This document shows positions 41,426-53,560 of a stretch of 64,000 nt of DNA, in pieces. Every line of letters starts with the position of its first letter. The stretch's first letter is position 1. The stretch is from Eledone cirrhosa (taxonomy: Eukaryota). Position numbers and translations under genes: made by a program. The DNA lies in contig OZ024761.1 of NCBI GenBank assembly GCA_964016885.1, positions 13,702,001 to 13,766,000 on the forward strand. Reading direction: 5' to 3'. The notes beneath the pieces were generated by a model that saw only the letters and a program-made list of their open reading frames with translations, made no database searches and was not told the origin of the DNA.

Positions 41426-42081
41426 CTGAAATGGTAGAGAGGAAGGGAGAGTTGTATAGTTTAGAGAAGGTAGCAAGAGGGTGTGTGTGAGGGAGAGGAA
41501 AGGAGAGAGAAAGGAAGAGTGGTATAGTTTAGAGAGGGTGTGTGTGAAAGAGAGGAAGAGAGAGAGAAAGAAAGGAGTGTGAGGGAAAGCGAGAGAGAGG
41601 AAAGAAGAGTTGTATAGTTTAGAGAGGGTAGCAAGAGGGTGTGTGTGAGGGAGAGGAAAGGAGAGAGAGAGAGAAAGGAAGAGTGGGATAGTTTAGAGAG
41701 GGTGTGTTCGAAAGAGAGGAAGAGAGAGAGAAAGAAAGGAGTGTGAGGGAAAGCGAGAGAGAAAGAGAGGAAGGAAGAGTTGTATAGTTTAGAGAGGGTA
41801 ACAAGAAAGAGAAAGAGAGATAGAGGTAAGGAGAGTTGTGTATTTTAGAGAAGAATAAAGAGTAAGGTCTAACATGAAAAGCAACATAAGCCCAAGACTC
41901 TAAAAACTAGACCTCAGGCCTTCACAAACACAAAGAAGAGAAAGGGTGTGAGGAAGAGAAAGAGAAAGGGAGAAAAAATAAATAAATAAAATAAAATACA
42001 ACAGACACCTAAAATTCCCACCACCCTCCCCCCCCAAAATACCCAAAACAAAACAAAAACCTTTAAGAGTTACTTACTTAC

Positions 42082-42170
42082 CTAATTTTTTCGGGACCCA
42101 ATCATTGCCAATAATGAACTTATTGAGATGTACCATTAGATAATTAGGGAAGGAAGAGAATCTTGTGGTT
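42082..42170 (-). CDS. USP5: USP5 exon
   Basis: [29 protein letters not shown]; 89 nt. Confidence 0.96.
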
Positions 42171-42315
42171 CTGGATGTGTCCATGGTGGGATGTGAATAA
42201 GAAAGAGAAAGAAGACAGAGAATAATAACAACAATAATAGTACTTTCTGATTTAACCCTTTAACATTTACATATTTTTGTGGTAAACACTTTACCTCACA
42301 TAACATTTACATTAC

Positions 42316-42705
42316 CATCATCATCATCATCATTTTACGTCCACTTTTCCCTGCTTGCAAGGGTGGGACAGGAACTGACTCTGGCTTGACTTTTACAGCT
42401 GGATGCCCTTCCTAACACCAACCTCATTTACAGTGAGCGCTGGGTGCTTTTTTTCCATGGCGCCTACACGTCCACTTTACAGTGTGGGCTGGGTGCTTTT
42501 TGGCCTTGGCACCTCCTCGACCACTTTGCAATGGAATGATAGGGACCCCAGTCCCTATCATCTCATTTCTACAGCTGAGTAAACTGGAGCAATGTGAAAT
42601 AAAGTGTCTTGCTCAAGGAAACAACACATCACCCAGTCTGAGAATTGAACTCGCAACCTTTTGATTGCAAGGCCAAAGCTCTAACCACTAAGCCATGTGT
42701 CTCCT
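42316..42705 (-). mobile_element. SINE family A (internal duplication) inside a TTAA MITE end starting at 42252
   Basis: Duplicated tttacagtg...ggtgctttttt block; MITE sequence on both sides. Confidence 0.85.
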
Positions 42706-42785
42706 ATATATACTATTGTATTTTTGTGGTAAACACTTTACCCCACATAATATCTCATGTAACATTTACATTACTATATATATAC

Positions 42786-43088
42786 TACTGTACTAAGTTT
42801 ACTCCCCAGTATATTTCACTACAAATACTCTAATGTATAGGTACTGTACTAAGTTTACTCCCCAGTATATTTCACTATAAATACTCTAATATATAGGTAT
42901 TGTACTAAGTTTACTCCCCAGTATATTTCACTACAAATACTCTAATGTATAGGTACTGTACTAAGTTTAGTCCCCAGTATATTTCACTACAAATACTCTA
43001 ATGTATAGGTACTGTACTAAGTTTACTCCCCAGTATATTTCACTACAAATATTCTAATATATGGATGTGCTTTGTAAATGCTAAGTTT
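42786..43088. repeat. 56-bp tandem repeat x5
   Basis: tactgtactaagtttactccccagtatatttcactacaaatactctaatgtatagg. Confidence 0.92.
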
Positions 43089-43135
43089 GATCCATTAAAT
43101 TACTGTAAAACCTAAACCATAGTTTCGGTACTTAC

Positions 43136-43258
43136 TTATGGACAATGGACTTTGACTGGAGAGCAGCACTAAAGAAATCATCAACAGTTTCAACAGCGGC
43201 AAAAGCCTCAATACAGGATGTTAGAGGGATCCTTGGTCGTACCAGAGCTTCAGGGGAA
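43136..43258 (-). CDS. USP5: USP5 exon (proximal acceptor of the duplicated array)
   Basis: SPEALVRPRIPLTSCIEAFAAVETVDDFFSAALQSKSIVHK; 123 nt, phase 2-2. Confidence 0.93.
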
Positions 43259-44053
43259 CTACAACACACAAGAGAAAGAGATGGAAAGGTGGTAAATATA
43301 ACATTAAATGGGAAGACAAAGGACTCAATACAGGATGTTAGAGGGATCCTTGGTCGTACCAGAGCTTCAGGGGAACTACAACACACAAGAGAAAGAGATG
43401 GAAGGGTGGTAAATATAACATTAAATGGGAAGACAAAGGACTCAATACAGGATGTTAGAGGGATCCTTGGTCGTACCAGAGCTTCAGGGGAACTACAACA
43501 CACAAGAGAAAGAGATGGAAGGGTGGTAAATATAACATTAAATGGGAAGACAAAGGACTCAATACAGGATGTTAGAGGGATCCTTGGTCGTACCAGAGCT
43601 TCAGGGGAACTACAACACACAAGAGAAAGAGATGGAAGGGTGGTAAATATAACATTAAATGGGAAGACAAAGGACTCAATATAGGATGTTAGAGGGATCC
43701 TTGGTCGTACCAGAGCTTCAGGGGAACTACAACACACAAGAGAAAGAGATGGAAGGGTGGTAAATATAACATTAAATGGGAAGACAAAGGACTCAATATA
43801 GGATGTTAGAGGGATCCTTGGTCGTACCAGAGCTTCAGGGGAACTACAACACACAAGAGAAACAGATGGAAGGGTGGTAAATATAACATTAAATGGGAAG
43901 ACAAAGGACTCAATATAGGATGTTAGAGGGATCCTTGGTCATACCAGAGCTTCAGGGGAACTACAACACACAAGAGAAAGAGATGGAAGGGTGGTAAATA
44001 TAACATTAAATGGGAAGACAAAGGACTCAATATAGGATGTTAGAGGGATCCTT
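43207..44053. repeat. 117-bp tandem repeat x7.2 spanning a USP5 intron/exon junction
   Basis: Unit starts at 43207, 43324, 43441, 43558, 43675, 43792, 43909, 44026. Confidence 0.97.
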
Positions 44054-44335
44054 GAGTCTCTGATCTCCAAGCTATGCACTCTATCGAGTAACGTTACTTC
44101 AGAGACCCTTGGGAGGTACACCATTTCGGCTGCTTGTATTTGCGATCGTATTCTTTCAGTCATTACACAAGATACATGACCATAGGTTAGGGTTGGTGTG
44201 AATACCGAATTGAAGACAGCGAGTTTGGCTTTTACACCTGCCTCCCTTCTTCTGATTACTGCATACTGAAGCTGGTGCATTACTGCACCAGCTCCTGCAA
44301 TTCTTGCACTTAATTCAGCCTCCTTGTCTTCCATC
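44054..44335 (-). mobile_element. RTE-type LINE fragment
   Basis: ELSARIAGAGAVMHQL...KLAVFNSVFTPTLTYGH...IQAAEM...LLDRVHSLEIR. Confidence 0.8.
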
Positions 44336-44459
44336 TCTCGTGAATACGGCCCCGAAATACTTGAACTACTCCACCCGTTTCTGTGGAATTGAGGATGAAA
44401 CAACAATAATATAAAATAGAAAATTTACAACAAGTAATTTCTAAATAATTTAAACCTAC

Positions 44460-44517
44460 ATTTTCTGTCCTTGTGCTTCTAGGAGAGATTTTTTAGCTTC
44501 ATAGGCAGCAACCTCTT
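44460..44517 (-). CDS. USP5: USP5 exon
   Basis: EEVAAYEAKKSLLEAQGQKI; 58 nt, phase 1-2 fits neighbours. Confidence 0.9.
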
Positions 44518-44556
44518 CTGTAAATGAAATATATGGTATTATTAATATATACACAT

Positions 44557-44740
44557 GGATTGGCAGAATCGGTAGAGGGTCAGACACCATGCTTTCCAGC
44601 ATAGTTACGTCCCTTTACAATCTGAGTTCAAATCCCGCCGAGGTTGACTTTGACTTTCATCCTTACGGGGTCGATAAAATAAAGTACCAGTAATGCACTG
44701 GGTAATTGCTGGCCTTGTGCCTAAAGTAGAAACAATTATT
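44557..44740 (+). mobile_element. SINE family B
   Basis: A/B boxes and core. Confidence 0.85.
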
Positions 44741-45495
44741 AATATATACACATATAAACTTGCACACACATATATCATTACCATCATCATCATCGTTTTT
44801 ATGTCCAATTTTCCACACTTGTATGGGTTGGACAGGTCTTTCTCAGCATGGCATCTCTCCACAGATCTCAATCCTTTGTCATTGCCTCTGAGAATCTCAG
44901 GGATTTGAAGTCAGTTCTCACAACCTCTGCCTAGGTCCTTCTTCGTCTACCTCTACTGTGACTTCCTCACTGTCATTTCCTAGCACTTCTTCACCCAACG
45001 ATCATTGTCCATCCACATCACATGTCCAAACCAATGCAGTCTTAAACCCAAATTCTCCTTCAGTTCTTCCAAGCTGTGCCTCTCTCTCACACACACATTG
45101 CACATCCAACAGAGCAATATATATATATACACATATATATGTATACTATACAAACACATTCACACGTGTGTGTGTGTGTATATATATATACACACACACA
45201 CACATATATATATTTATATATATATATATACTATAAACACACACATCATCATCACTGTTTAACATCCATTTTCCAATACCTAAACGGCTGGTTATGGCCA
45301 GTTTAAACAGGAAGAGGTGAGAGAAATCTGGTCGGATTCAGCCGGTTTAAATGCTAAAGGATTAAACTATTTAATAGCTTTACATACGTTTCAATGGTTA
45401 TTATTATTTCAATTTAATTAAAGAGGAAAAATATTGAGTATATATGTTTGGACCGGAGCAGAGAGAGAGAGAGAAAAGTAAAAGAAGAGTCATAC

Positions 45496-45649
45496 CTTTA
45501 TTAACAGAAGCATCTAAGTGCACAGGAACTGCAAACACATAGTCAGTTCTGTATGTGTAACGCACCTTGCCTGATGCAACACACTTCACTTTTTCTTCGA
45601 CCTTGTACTTGAAACAGTCAGTAGCTTTAGGTAAATGTAGTCCTTGGCG
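45496..45649 (-). CDS. USP5: USP5 exon
   Basis: RQGLHLPKATDCFKYKVEEKVKCVASGKVRYTYRTDYVFAVPVHLDASVNK; 154 nt. Confidence 0.96.
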
Positions 45650-45680
45650 CTGTTAAAATTAATCAAATTAGTCACTTAGC

Positions 45681-45681
<1 letters not shown>

Positions 45682-45713
<32 letters not shown>

Positions 45714-46016
45714 TTTTTACGTCCGCTTTTCCCTGCTTGCAAGGGTGGGACGGGAACTGATTCTGGCTTGATTTCTACAGCTGGATGCCCTTCCTAACAC
45801 CAACCTCATTTACAGTGTGGGCTGGGTGCTTTTTTTGCCGTGGCACCTCCACGACCACTTTGCAGTGGAATGATAGGGACCCCAGTCCTATCATTTCATT
45901 TCTACAGCTGAGTAAACTGGAGCAATGTGAAATAAAGTGACTTGCTCAAAGAAACAACACATCACAACCTTTCGATTGCAAGGCTAATGCTTTAACCACT
46001 AAGCCATGTGCCTCCA
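45682..46016 (-). mobile_element. SINE family A with tagcaat target duplication
   Basis: tagcaat on both flanks. Confidence 0.9.
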
Positions 46017-46304
46017 TAGCAATACAATGTACTATTAACAAAAGCACAATAGTGCCACTTTATAGAACAGACCACCTGCGCATTTAACCTCTTCAGTGCT
46101 GTAGACAAGATAACTCGTCCTAACATCTTTGAACTCGTTTCCAACAGTTCATAACTTCAAAGCTAGATGGGGTTACTAGTTTATTGATGTGACATTTGTC
46201 AATCAAATTAGTCCTTTTACTAAAAAAAGAAAAAACCAGCTCAGCAAGTGTAGCTGTGTAAAATACACATGGCAGTCAACAAGTTAAAGTATAGCATTTA
46301 GTGT

Positions 46305-46452
46305 AACTGGTGTAATATTCACTTCGAAAGTGAAACCGGTGTAATATTCACCTCCAAAGTGAAACCGGTGTAATATTCACCTCCAAAGTGAAACTGGTGT
46401 AATTATTCACCTTCAAAAATGAAACCGGTGTAATATTAACCTCCAAAGTGTA
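46305..46452. repeat. ~29-bp tandem repeat x5
   Basis: gtgaaaccggtgtaatattcacctccaaa. Confidence 0.9.
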
Positions 46453-46666
46453 AATATTTTAGCATCTTATTTGCAGAGAATTTTGATGATGGTGAAATTC
46501 AGCAAAATATTGACCTTGAATATAAGCCAACCGATGATTTTAACTTAGATTTTTTTCTGTGTCATATTTCTCAGCTTCTATAAGAGTATATACAATAGGT
46601 CTGTCTTCAATCAGACTAAACAACAACTACAAAAGAAAACAAGGAAGATAATCAAGACTACTCTAC

Positions 46667-46789
46667 CTCAATGAAATTGATGAGGTGGAGGAAATATTCT
46701 TCAGCATCTTGTTGGCGCTTGGAAGAGAATTCCGGGTGTCCTCTGCCTACAAGGGTCTTGAACATCTGAGGTCGGATTCCTTTAGGGGA
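46667..46789 (-). CDS. USP5: USP5 exon (QQD box)
   Basis: [41 protein letters not shown]; 123 nt. Confidence 0.97.
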
Positions 46790-46895
46790 CTGTAATGATA
46801 CATAATATATCAATTGAATAAATAAAAATATATTAACAAATAAGTGTTAGGGACATACATATTTATATATACATAATCATCAACATTATATATAC

Positions 46896-47243
46896 ATCAT
46901 TTCATTTTACGTCCGCTTTTCCCCCGCTTGCAAGGGTGGGACGGGAACTGATTCTGGCTTGATTTCTATTGCTGGATGCCCTTCCTAACACCAACCTCAT
47001 TTACAGTGAGAGCTGGGTGCTTTTTTGCTGTGGCACCTACACGACCATTTTACGGTGAATGCTGGGTGCTTTTTTGCTGTGTCACCTCCACGACCACTTT
47101 GCATCATTTCTACAGCTGAGTAAACTGGAGCAATGTGAAATAAAGTGTCTTGCTCAAGGAAACAACACATCACCTGGTCTGAGAATTAAACTCACAACCT
47201 TTCGATTGCAAGGCCAATGCTCTAACCACTAACCTATGTGCCT

Positions 47244-47246
<3 letters not shown>
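46896..47246 (-). mobile_element. SINE family A
   Basis: Full-length with internal duplication. Confidence 0.9.
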
Positions 47247-47307
<61 letters not shown>

Positions 47308-47409
47308 TTATTTATTTATATTTAGTTAATAAATGAAACAAAAATAAAACACAAGAGGCAAATTTACAGTTATATTAGATTCATGCTTATATATATATAT
47401 ATATATAGT

Positions 47410-47737
47410 CATCATGTTACGTCCGCTTTTCCCTGCTTGCAAGGGTGGGACGGGAACTGATTCTGGCTTGATTTCTACAGCTGGATGCCCTTCCTAACAC
47501 CAACCTCATTTACAGTGAGTGCTGGGTGCTTTTTTCCGTGGCACCTGCATGACCACTTTGCAGTGGAATGATATGGACCCCAGTCCCTATCATCTCATTT
47601 CTACAGCTGAGTAAACTGGAGCAATGTGAAATAAAGTGTCTTGCTCAAGGAAACAACACATCACCCGGTCTGAGAATTGAACTCACAACCTTTCGATTGC
47701 AAGGCCAGTGCTCTAACCACTAAGCCATGTGCCTCCA
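47410..47737 (-). mobile_element. SINE family A
   Basis: Full-length copy in (TA)n. Confidence 0.9.
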
Positions 47738-47884
47738 TATATATATTTTGTGGTTCATCAGTGGGTAGAACCGGTCATACCGTTTAGTTAACCGCGATGT
47801 TATCCCAACATATGCAAGCGTGGAAAAACAGACGTAAAAACAATGAAGATGATGATATATATATATATATAAAATGAGACTAAC

Positions 47885-47966
47885 CTGCATATATTCATCA
47901 TCTAACTCCGCGTCAGTTGGTGGCTTGGAATATTCACCAGAAAGAAGGCCATGAGCTAATTTAGCC
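47885..47966 (-). CDS. USP5: USP5 exon
   Basis: AKLAHGLLSGEYSKPPTDAELDDEYMQ; 82 nt. Confidence 0.95.
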
Positions 47967-48621
47967 CTGAGAGTGGGGAGAAGAAAATAAAAATATCAAT
48001 AACAATAAGTATGATCAAAAACATAAGACACAACACTACATGTTCTCCAACAATTTGGGGGGAAGGGGAAAGTCGATTAAATGGACCCCAGTACATTACT
48101 GGTACTTTATTTTATCGAACCTGTAAGGATGAAAGGCAAAGCTAATCTCAGCGGGATTGGAACTCAGAACGTAAAGGGCCGTACCTCTATGCCATGAAAT
48201 ATGGTGTCTGACACTATCAATATTGCCAATCCACTAACAATAACAATGAATTCTAACCGACTTATCAATCCTCAGGGATGACAATATATCTCACAAGGAA
48301 ATGGAGAAACTATCCAAATATTAAGATCTAGAGATAGAAATAACCCAAATGTGGATGTTGAAGACAGAAACAATATCTATAACCATAGGTGTTCTGTGAA
48401 TGATAAAAAAAAAAACACACAGGCAGATGCATAACCAAAACTCCAGGACTTACAAATTTATACATCTTACAAAAAATAGCACTACTAAACACTGCACATA
48501 TATTATGAAGTGTACTCTCAATACAAAAGAAACACCACCAAAAACCACACTGCACATACCCAAGGCACACAAAGCTGTGCTCAGTAATGTAATAATAATT
48601 ATAATACTACTAATCACTTAC

Positions 48622-48693
48622 ATTTGGACATTGAAGTCAGAGGTTGGATTAACTGGAGCACTACCAAAAATGGTGTCTCTAGAGTTGAAGTAC
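48622..48693 (-). CDS. USP5: USP5 exon
   Basis: YFNSRDTIFGSAPVNPTSDFNVQM; 72 nt. Confidence 0.94.
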
Positions 48694-48764
48694 CTGGAAA
48701 GAGAGAGAGAGAGGTGAGTGTAAGTCTTTGAAGTTGTGTGTACGAGCGTCAGCAGAAAAGTTCA

Positions 48765-49150
48765 TAAGCTTCTTCTTCTTGTCGTGTCCACAAAAGTATC
48801 AGTTACAAAGCTTGGCAAGATGTGGTTCTGCCACAGCTGAACACATTGGTGTCCTTTCTCATTAAACTCTGCCAAGTCCAATGCTGTGCAGGGGTGTTCC
48901 AGCAGGGGGCATATCAGGAGGTGCTGCGTAGTCTGTGGTTCGATGCCGCAGTCACACACAACATCCCCATCCTTTAAATATCCCCATTTTGCAAGAGTGA
49001 CTATTGCACGTCCAACACCAGATCTTAGTCTGTTTAGGCATTTCCACACTGCATAGTTTGTATCTGCTCCAGAGGGGAAGTGCCTCGCTCGCCTTGAGCT
49101 CCATTGTTGTTACTGATGGGAAGTTGTTAAGTTCATAAGCTGACCAAGAT
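48765..49150 (-). mobile_element. Non-LTR retrotransposon 3' fragment with CCHC finger and (AAG)n tail
   Basis: WKCLNRLRSGVGR...CDCGIEPQTTQHLLICP; ends gacacgacaagaagaagaag. Confidence 0.75.
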
Positions 49151-49159
49151 ACTTTCATA

Positions 49160-50475
49160 GAATGTGACCAAATGAGGTTTATTTTTCAATATAGCCCCCG
49201 TCCTCCTACAGTACACACTTCTTTCATCAGTGGTACAGTGTTTTGTAAAAAGAAGTAATCAACAGCAGATATGATGCCATCATCACTGCGATACTGGTTC
49301 CTAGCCAAGTGTCTTTTTTATGTTGGAGAACAGATGAAAAAAAACACAGTCCACGCTGTAATGTGGCCGTGTAGGTAACACGGTAAAAACCTCCCAGTAC
49401 ACACTGTAAACGTGGTTGATGTTGTGAAGGGGACCCAGCCGTAGAAAACCCGCCAGACGTGTATGTGTCACAACAATAAAACACACAGTCCACGCTGTAA
49501 TGTGGTCGTGTAGGTAACACGGTAAAAACCTCCCAGTACACACTGTAAATGTGGTTGGTGTTGGGAAGGGGACCCAGCCGTAGAAAACCCGCCAGACGTG
49601 TATGTGTCACAACAATAAAACACACAGTCCACGCTGTAATGTGGTCGTGTAGGTAACACGGTTAAAACCTCCCAGTACACACTGTAAATGAGGTTGGTGT
49701 TGGGAAGGGGACCCAGCCGTAGAAAACCCGCCAGACGTGTATGTGTCACAACAATAAAACACACAGTCCACGCTGTAATGTGGTCGTGTAGGTAACACGG
49801 TTAAAACCTCCCAGTACACACTGTAAATGTGGTTGGTGTTGGGAAGGGGACCCAGCCGTAGAAAACCCGCCAGACGTGTATGTGTCACAACAATAAAACA
49901 CACAGTCCACGCTGTAATGTGGTCGTGTAGGTAACACGGTTAAAACCTCCCAGTACACACTGTAAATGTGGTTGGTGTTGGGAAGGGGACCCAGCCGTAG
50001 AAAACCCGCCAGACGTGTATGTGTCACAACAATAAAACACACAGTCCACGCTGTAATGTGGTCGTGTAGGTAACACGGTAAAAACCTCCCAGTACACACT
50101 GTAAATGTGGTTGGTGTTGGGAAGGGGACCCAGCCGTAGAAAACCCACCAGACGTGTATGTGTCACAACAATAAAACACACAGTCCACGCTGTAATGTGG
50201 TCGTGTAGGTAACACGGTAAAAACCTCCCAGTCCACACTGTAAATGTGGTTGGTGTTGGGAAGGGCATCCAACCATAGAAAACCCGCCAGACAGTCCTGA
50301 GCAAGACAACCAATCTTGCTTCAAGTGGGACAAATCCCATCCAGACCCATGCTAGCGTGGAAAATGGACGTTAAACGATGATGATGATGATGATGATGAT
50401 GATAGTCAGATGGGGCCGAATCAGGAGAATAGGGAGGGTGATCAACCAGTTCAAAGCCACAGAGGGAGAGTGAAT
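49160..50475 (-). mobile_element. Mariner transposase relic split by a SINE-derived insertion
   Basis: GFELVDHPPYSPDSAPSDY at ~50402-50465 continues as HLFSNIKK at ~49335. Confidence 0.75.
49341..50290. repeat. 139-bp tandem repeat x~7 derived from a SINE body
   Basis: 139-bp period; last unit runs into ggaagggcatcc...ggacgttaaacgatgatgatg SINE/RTE tail. Confidence 0.93.
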
Positions 50476-50561
50476 GTTGTTGAGAGAGAGAGAGAGGGGG
50501 GGGGGGGAGAAAAAGCAAACTGAAAGAGAAAAAAAAAGGTGGGGGGAGGGGGCCAACTCAC

Positions 50562-50755
50562 TTCTCCTGGAAGTCCGGAATGGTGAAAATCACCTGCATC
50601 ACAGAATTCATATAACAACTGTTGCCAAGGTTGCGCATGCCGGTACATCCAGGTCCATAGACAGGTGTCAGCTGACTGCCAGACTCCTGAATCACATCCC
50701 ACTCCCCAATCTTCTGGTTCAAGTCTATCTCCAACTCCACCATTGTTTTTTCTGT
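50562..50755 (-). CDS. USP5: USP5 exon (catalytic Cys box)
   Basis: TEKTMVELEIDLNQKIGEW...GPGCTGMRNLGNSCYMNSVMQVIFTIPDFQEK; 194 nt. Confidence 0.98.
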
Positions 50756-51543
50756 CTACAAAAAAGAAAAAGAAAAACCCAACAAAGTTTTATTCTGAGA
50801 AAGGCATGAATGACAAAACATCTAATCACACAAACCTTTTTCTCTGTCCCCTGTCTCCCCATCTCCCACCTCATCCCATCTAGTCTCACCTTTACACACC
50901 TGGGCAGTGTCTTCACTAAAGATGGCAACTCAAAAACTGATGTAGAAAAGAGACATGGCCAAGCTGCAGTCATCATCATCATCATCATCATCATCATCGT
51001 TTAACGTCTATCTTCCATGCTAGCATGAGTTAGACGGAAATTGTCCCACTTGAGGCAAGATTGATCGGGTGACTGTGTCTCGCTCGTATAGGACTGTCTT
51101 TCAATATTTGAAGCCTGTTTGGTGCAGCTCCTCCATTAATCAAGACACAAAGCTTGGTGTGGTCCTGGCCTCTGCAGAATGGAGATATGTTGCCCAATGT
51201 GGATAGCATCACTGCACAAGAGCGGAAGAAGATGCTGGGCCATATGCTATGATTATCGGCTGAAGAGAACAGTGAGGCCTTCTCTCAAATGGAAGCCAGA
51301 AGGAGGTCATAAGAAGCAAGGCTGACAAGTCAAGAACTGACTGTGGAGGAAGACCTGACCTGGGAGTAGCCCTGCAAGTGTGCAGAATGGAGATCTCTTG
51401 TCCCCCAATGCTACATAGGGTATGGGGGGAGACCTGGGCTGTGACAAGGTCTGCAACTGTGGGGGAATGGAGGTCTCTTGTCCCCCAATGCTCCTCAGGG
51501 AATGAAAGGAATTAAAGATGAAGAAGAAGAATGATCAACTCAC

Positions 51544-51638
51544 CTTCTGCAGAGAGGCAATGTTGATGCCAAAGTGTGTCAGATGTTTTGAGAGATACGG
51601 ATCTTCTACCATATCATCTTCATCATAAGAATACACAT
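51544..51638 (-). CDS. USP5: USP5 exon
   Basis: DVYSYDEDDMVEDPYLSKHLTHFGINIASLQK; 95 nt. Confidence 0.97.
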
Positions 51639-51886
51639 CTGAAACAACAACAACAGTTATAACTACAAAAACTACAATAGATACAACTACAACAAAACAT
51701 TTGATGATAATGACAATTATGATGATGATAATGACAATTATGATGATGATAATGACAATGATGATGATGACGATGATAATGATGATGATAGTGAAGATGA
51801 ATAATATGAATACTATGATGATGACAATGATGATGATGATGAAATAAGGATGAGGACATCCAACCGACCGAATCTGTTGTACTCAC

Positions 51887-52122
51887 CAGCACCGTCAGCT
51901 GTTATGGTACCCAGCTTGACAGCCAGAGGGTACTTGGTGATGTTGTAATAGTCAACGGCATGATTGTTGCCACCGCTACCATCAAAGAAACGACGGCCAC
52001 AGAGAATGGCGCCATCTGTGAGGTTGAGCCATAGGTTGGTGGTGAGGTCACACATCTCACATTTCCAGCCAGTCGGTGGAATCTTCTTACCGTTGTCAAG
52101 CTGGAGCAAGGTCTCAGCATGT
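51887..52122 (-). CDS. USP5: USP5 exon (ZnF-UBP)
   Basis: HAETLLQLDNGKKIPPTGWKCEMCDLTTNLWLNLTDGAILCGRRFFDGSGGNNHA...KLGTITADGA; 236 nt. Confidence 0.98.
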
Positions 52123-52151
52123 CTACAGAAAGGTAAAAAAATATATATATA

Positions 52152-52790
52152 CATATTGTTATACTTTGGGAGGGTCATGTTGCCAATAAGAAACACACGC
52201 ACCAGTTGCTTTCACTTCAATTTATTATAATAAATTTAGGAATTTAGGAATTTATAAATTTCCGGTTGGTTCCACAACCAGATAGTTGTTTATATATTGT
52301 CAAAGTTCTTTCGTCACACATTCTGTGACCTCTTCAGTGACTGGGGATTCTTTTCTTTGTTTTTGTGCCTCTCTTTTGTTCTGTCCTATGCCATTTTGTT
52401 TCTGTGTGTGTGTTGTGTGTGTGTTGTGTGCTCAGTCTGCGCATGCGCCACATCCGGGTGTCTGTGTGTGTTTATATTCGTTTATTAACATGTTACCGGT
52501 TGGTTGTTTGTTCTATGTGTGTGTGTGTTTTCATTTTGTTCTTAATTGTAAGTTGTGATGTTGCTGTTCCACTCATATTTTCTATTTAATTTTGGTTGTA
52601 ATTCTTTTATGTTTATTGCTTCTGTGATTTGTCTAAACATTGCGTCTTTTCTGTGTGTAGAAAGTGAAAGCAACTGGTGCGTGTGTTTCTTATTGGCAAC
52701 ATGACCCTCCCAAAGTATAACAATATCGGTTTCAACACACGTTTTCAGATAAAGAATCTTGCTAAACAAATTCAGACACGATATATATAT
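52152..52790 (-). mobile_element. 5'-truncated Penelope-like element: GIY-YIG C-terminus, 3' pLTR with hammerhead, inverted 5' copy
   Basis: STHRKDAMFRQITEAINIKELQPKLNRKYEW (~52566-52660); inverted repeat 52152-52217 / 52662-52727; bounded by (TA)n. Confidence 0.8.
52299..52341 (-). ncRNA. Minimal type-I hammerhead ribozyme
   Basis: GUCA-CUGAAGA-G GUCACA gaaug UGUGAC-GAAAG AA CUU-UGAC; decayed relatives on + strand at ~22388-22432 and ~54914-54957. Confidence 0.8.
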
Positions 52791-52923
52791 ATATATATAT
52801 ATATATAAATTCGAACACTGGTGTATACACACACAAGCACATTTATACAGTAAATCAGACAATACATCCAATACCAGTCTTCTCTTATCTGTTTACCTGG
52901 GCAAAGCTGGGTACCTCAGCTAG

Positions 52924-52956
<33 letters not shown>

Positions 52957-53000
52957 ATGTAAAAGGTAAACAGAAATATCAACACAATCGGTACAGTATT

Positions 53001-53512
53001 CTAGGGCGGGTAAAATTCCCGAGATCCATGGACGAGTTCTCTCCAGCGGTCTCTGTCCCTCATTATCGCTGCCATGTCCTGCATCCCCAACAGACCAGTG
53101 TCTGTCCTTAGGGCATCAAAATATGTTAACCTTGGTCTTCCTCTTCCAGTGTGTCCATGTAGGGGCTCCCACAGGAGCACTGAGTGCAATGTCAACTCTG
53201 GATGTCAGTGAGCATGTCCAGCTAACCTCAGTCTACCACTCCCAGTGTGTCCATGTAGGGGCTCCCACAGGAGCACTGAGTGCAATGTCAACTCTGGATG
53301 TCGGTGAGCATGTCCAGCTAACCTCAGTCTCTTCTGTGTCACTTTTGAGCTGACTTTTGGGAGGCTCCCATACAGCTCTGAGTTCTTCATCCTCAGTGTA
53401 TACTGATTAATGTTCAGAGCCATCCTCAGCATTCTCGTGTAGCACCCATCCACCATCTGAGTGAGTTTCTTGGTCAGTGTCCAAGTCTCAGACCCGTACA
53501 GCAACACAGACT
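53001..53512 (-). mobile_element. RTE-type LINE 3' fragment with ~100-bp internal duplication
   Basis: LLYGSETWTLTK...DGCYTRMLRMALN...RLRLAGH...GRGRPRLTY. Confidence 0.85.
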
Positions 53513-53560
53513 TTATGGAAAGGATATATTAGGTTAACGCTTGATATAGCAGGAAGAGGG

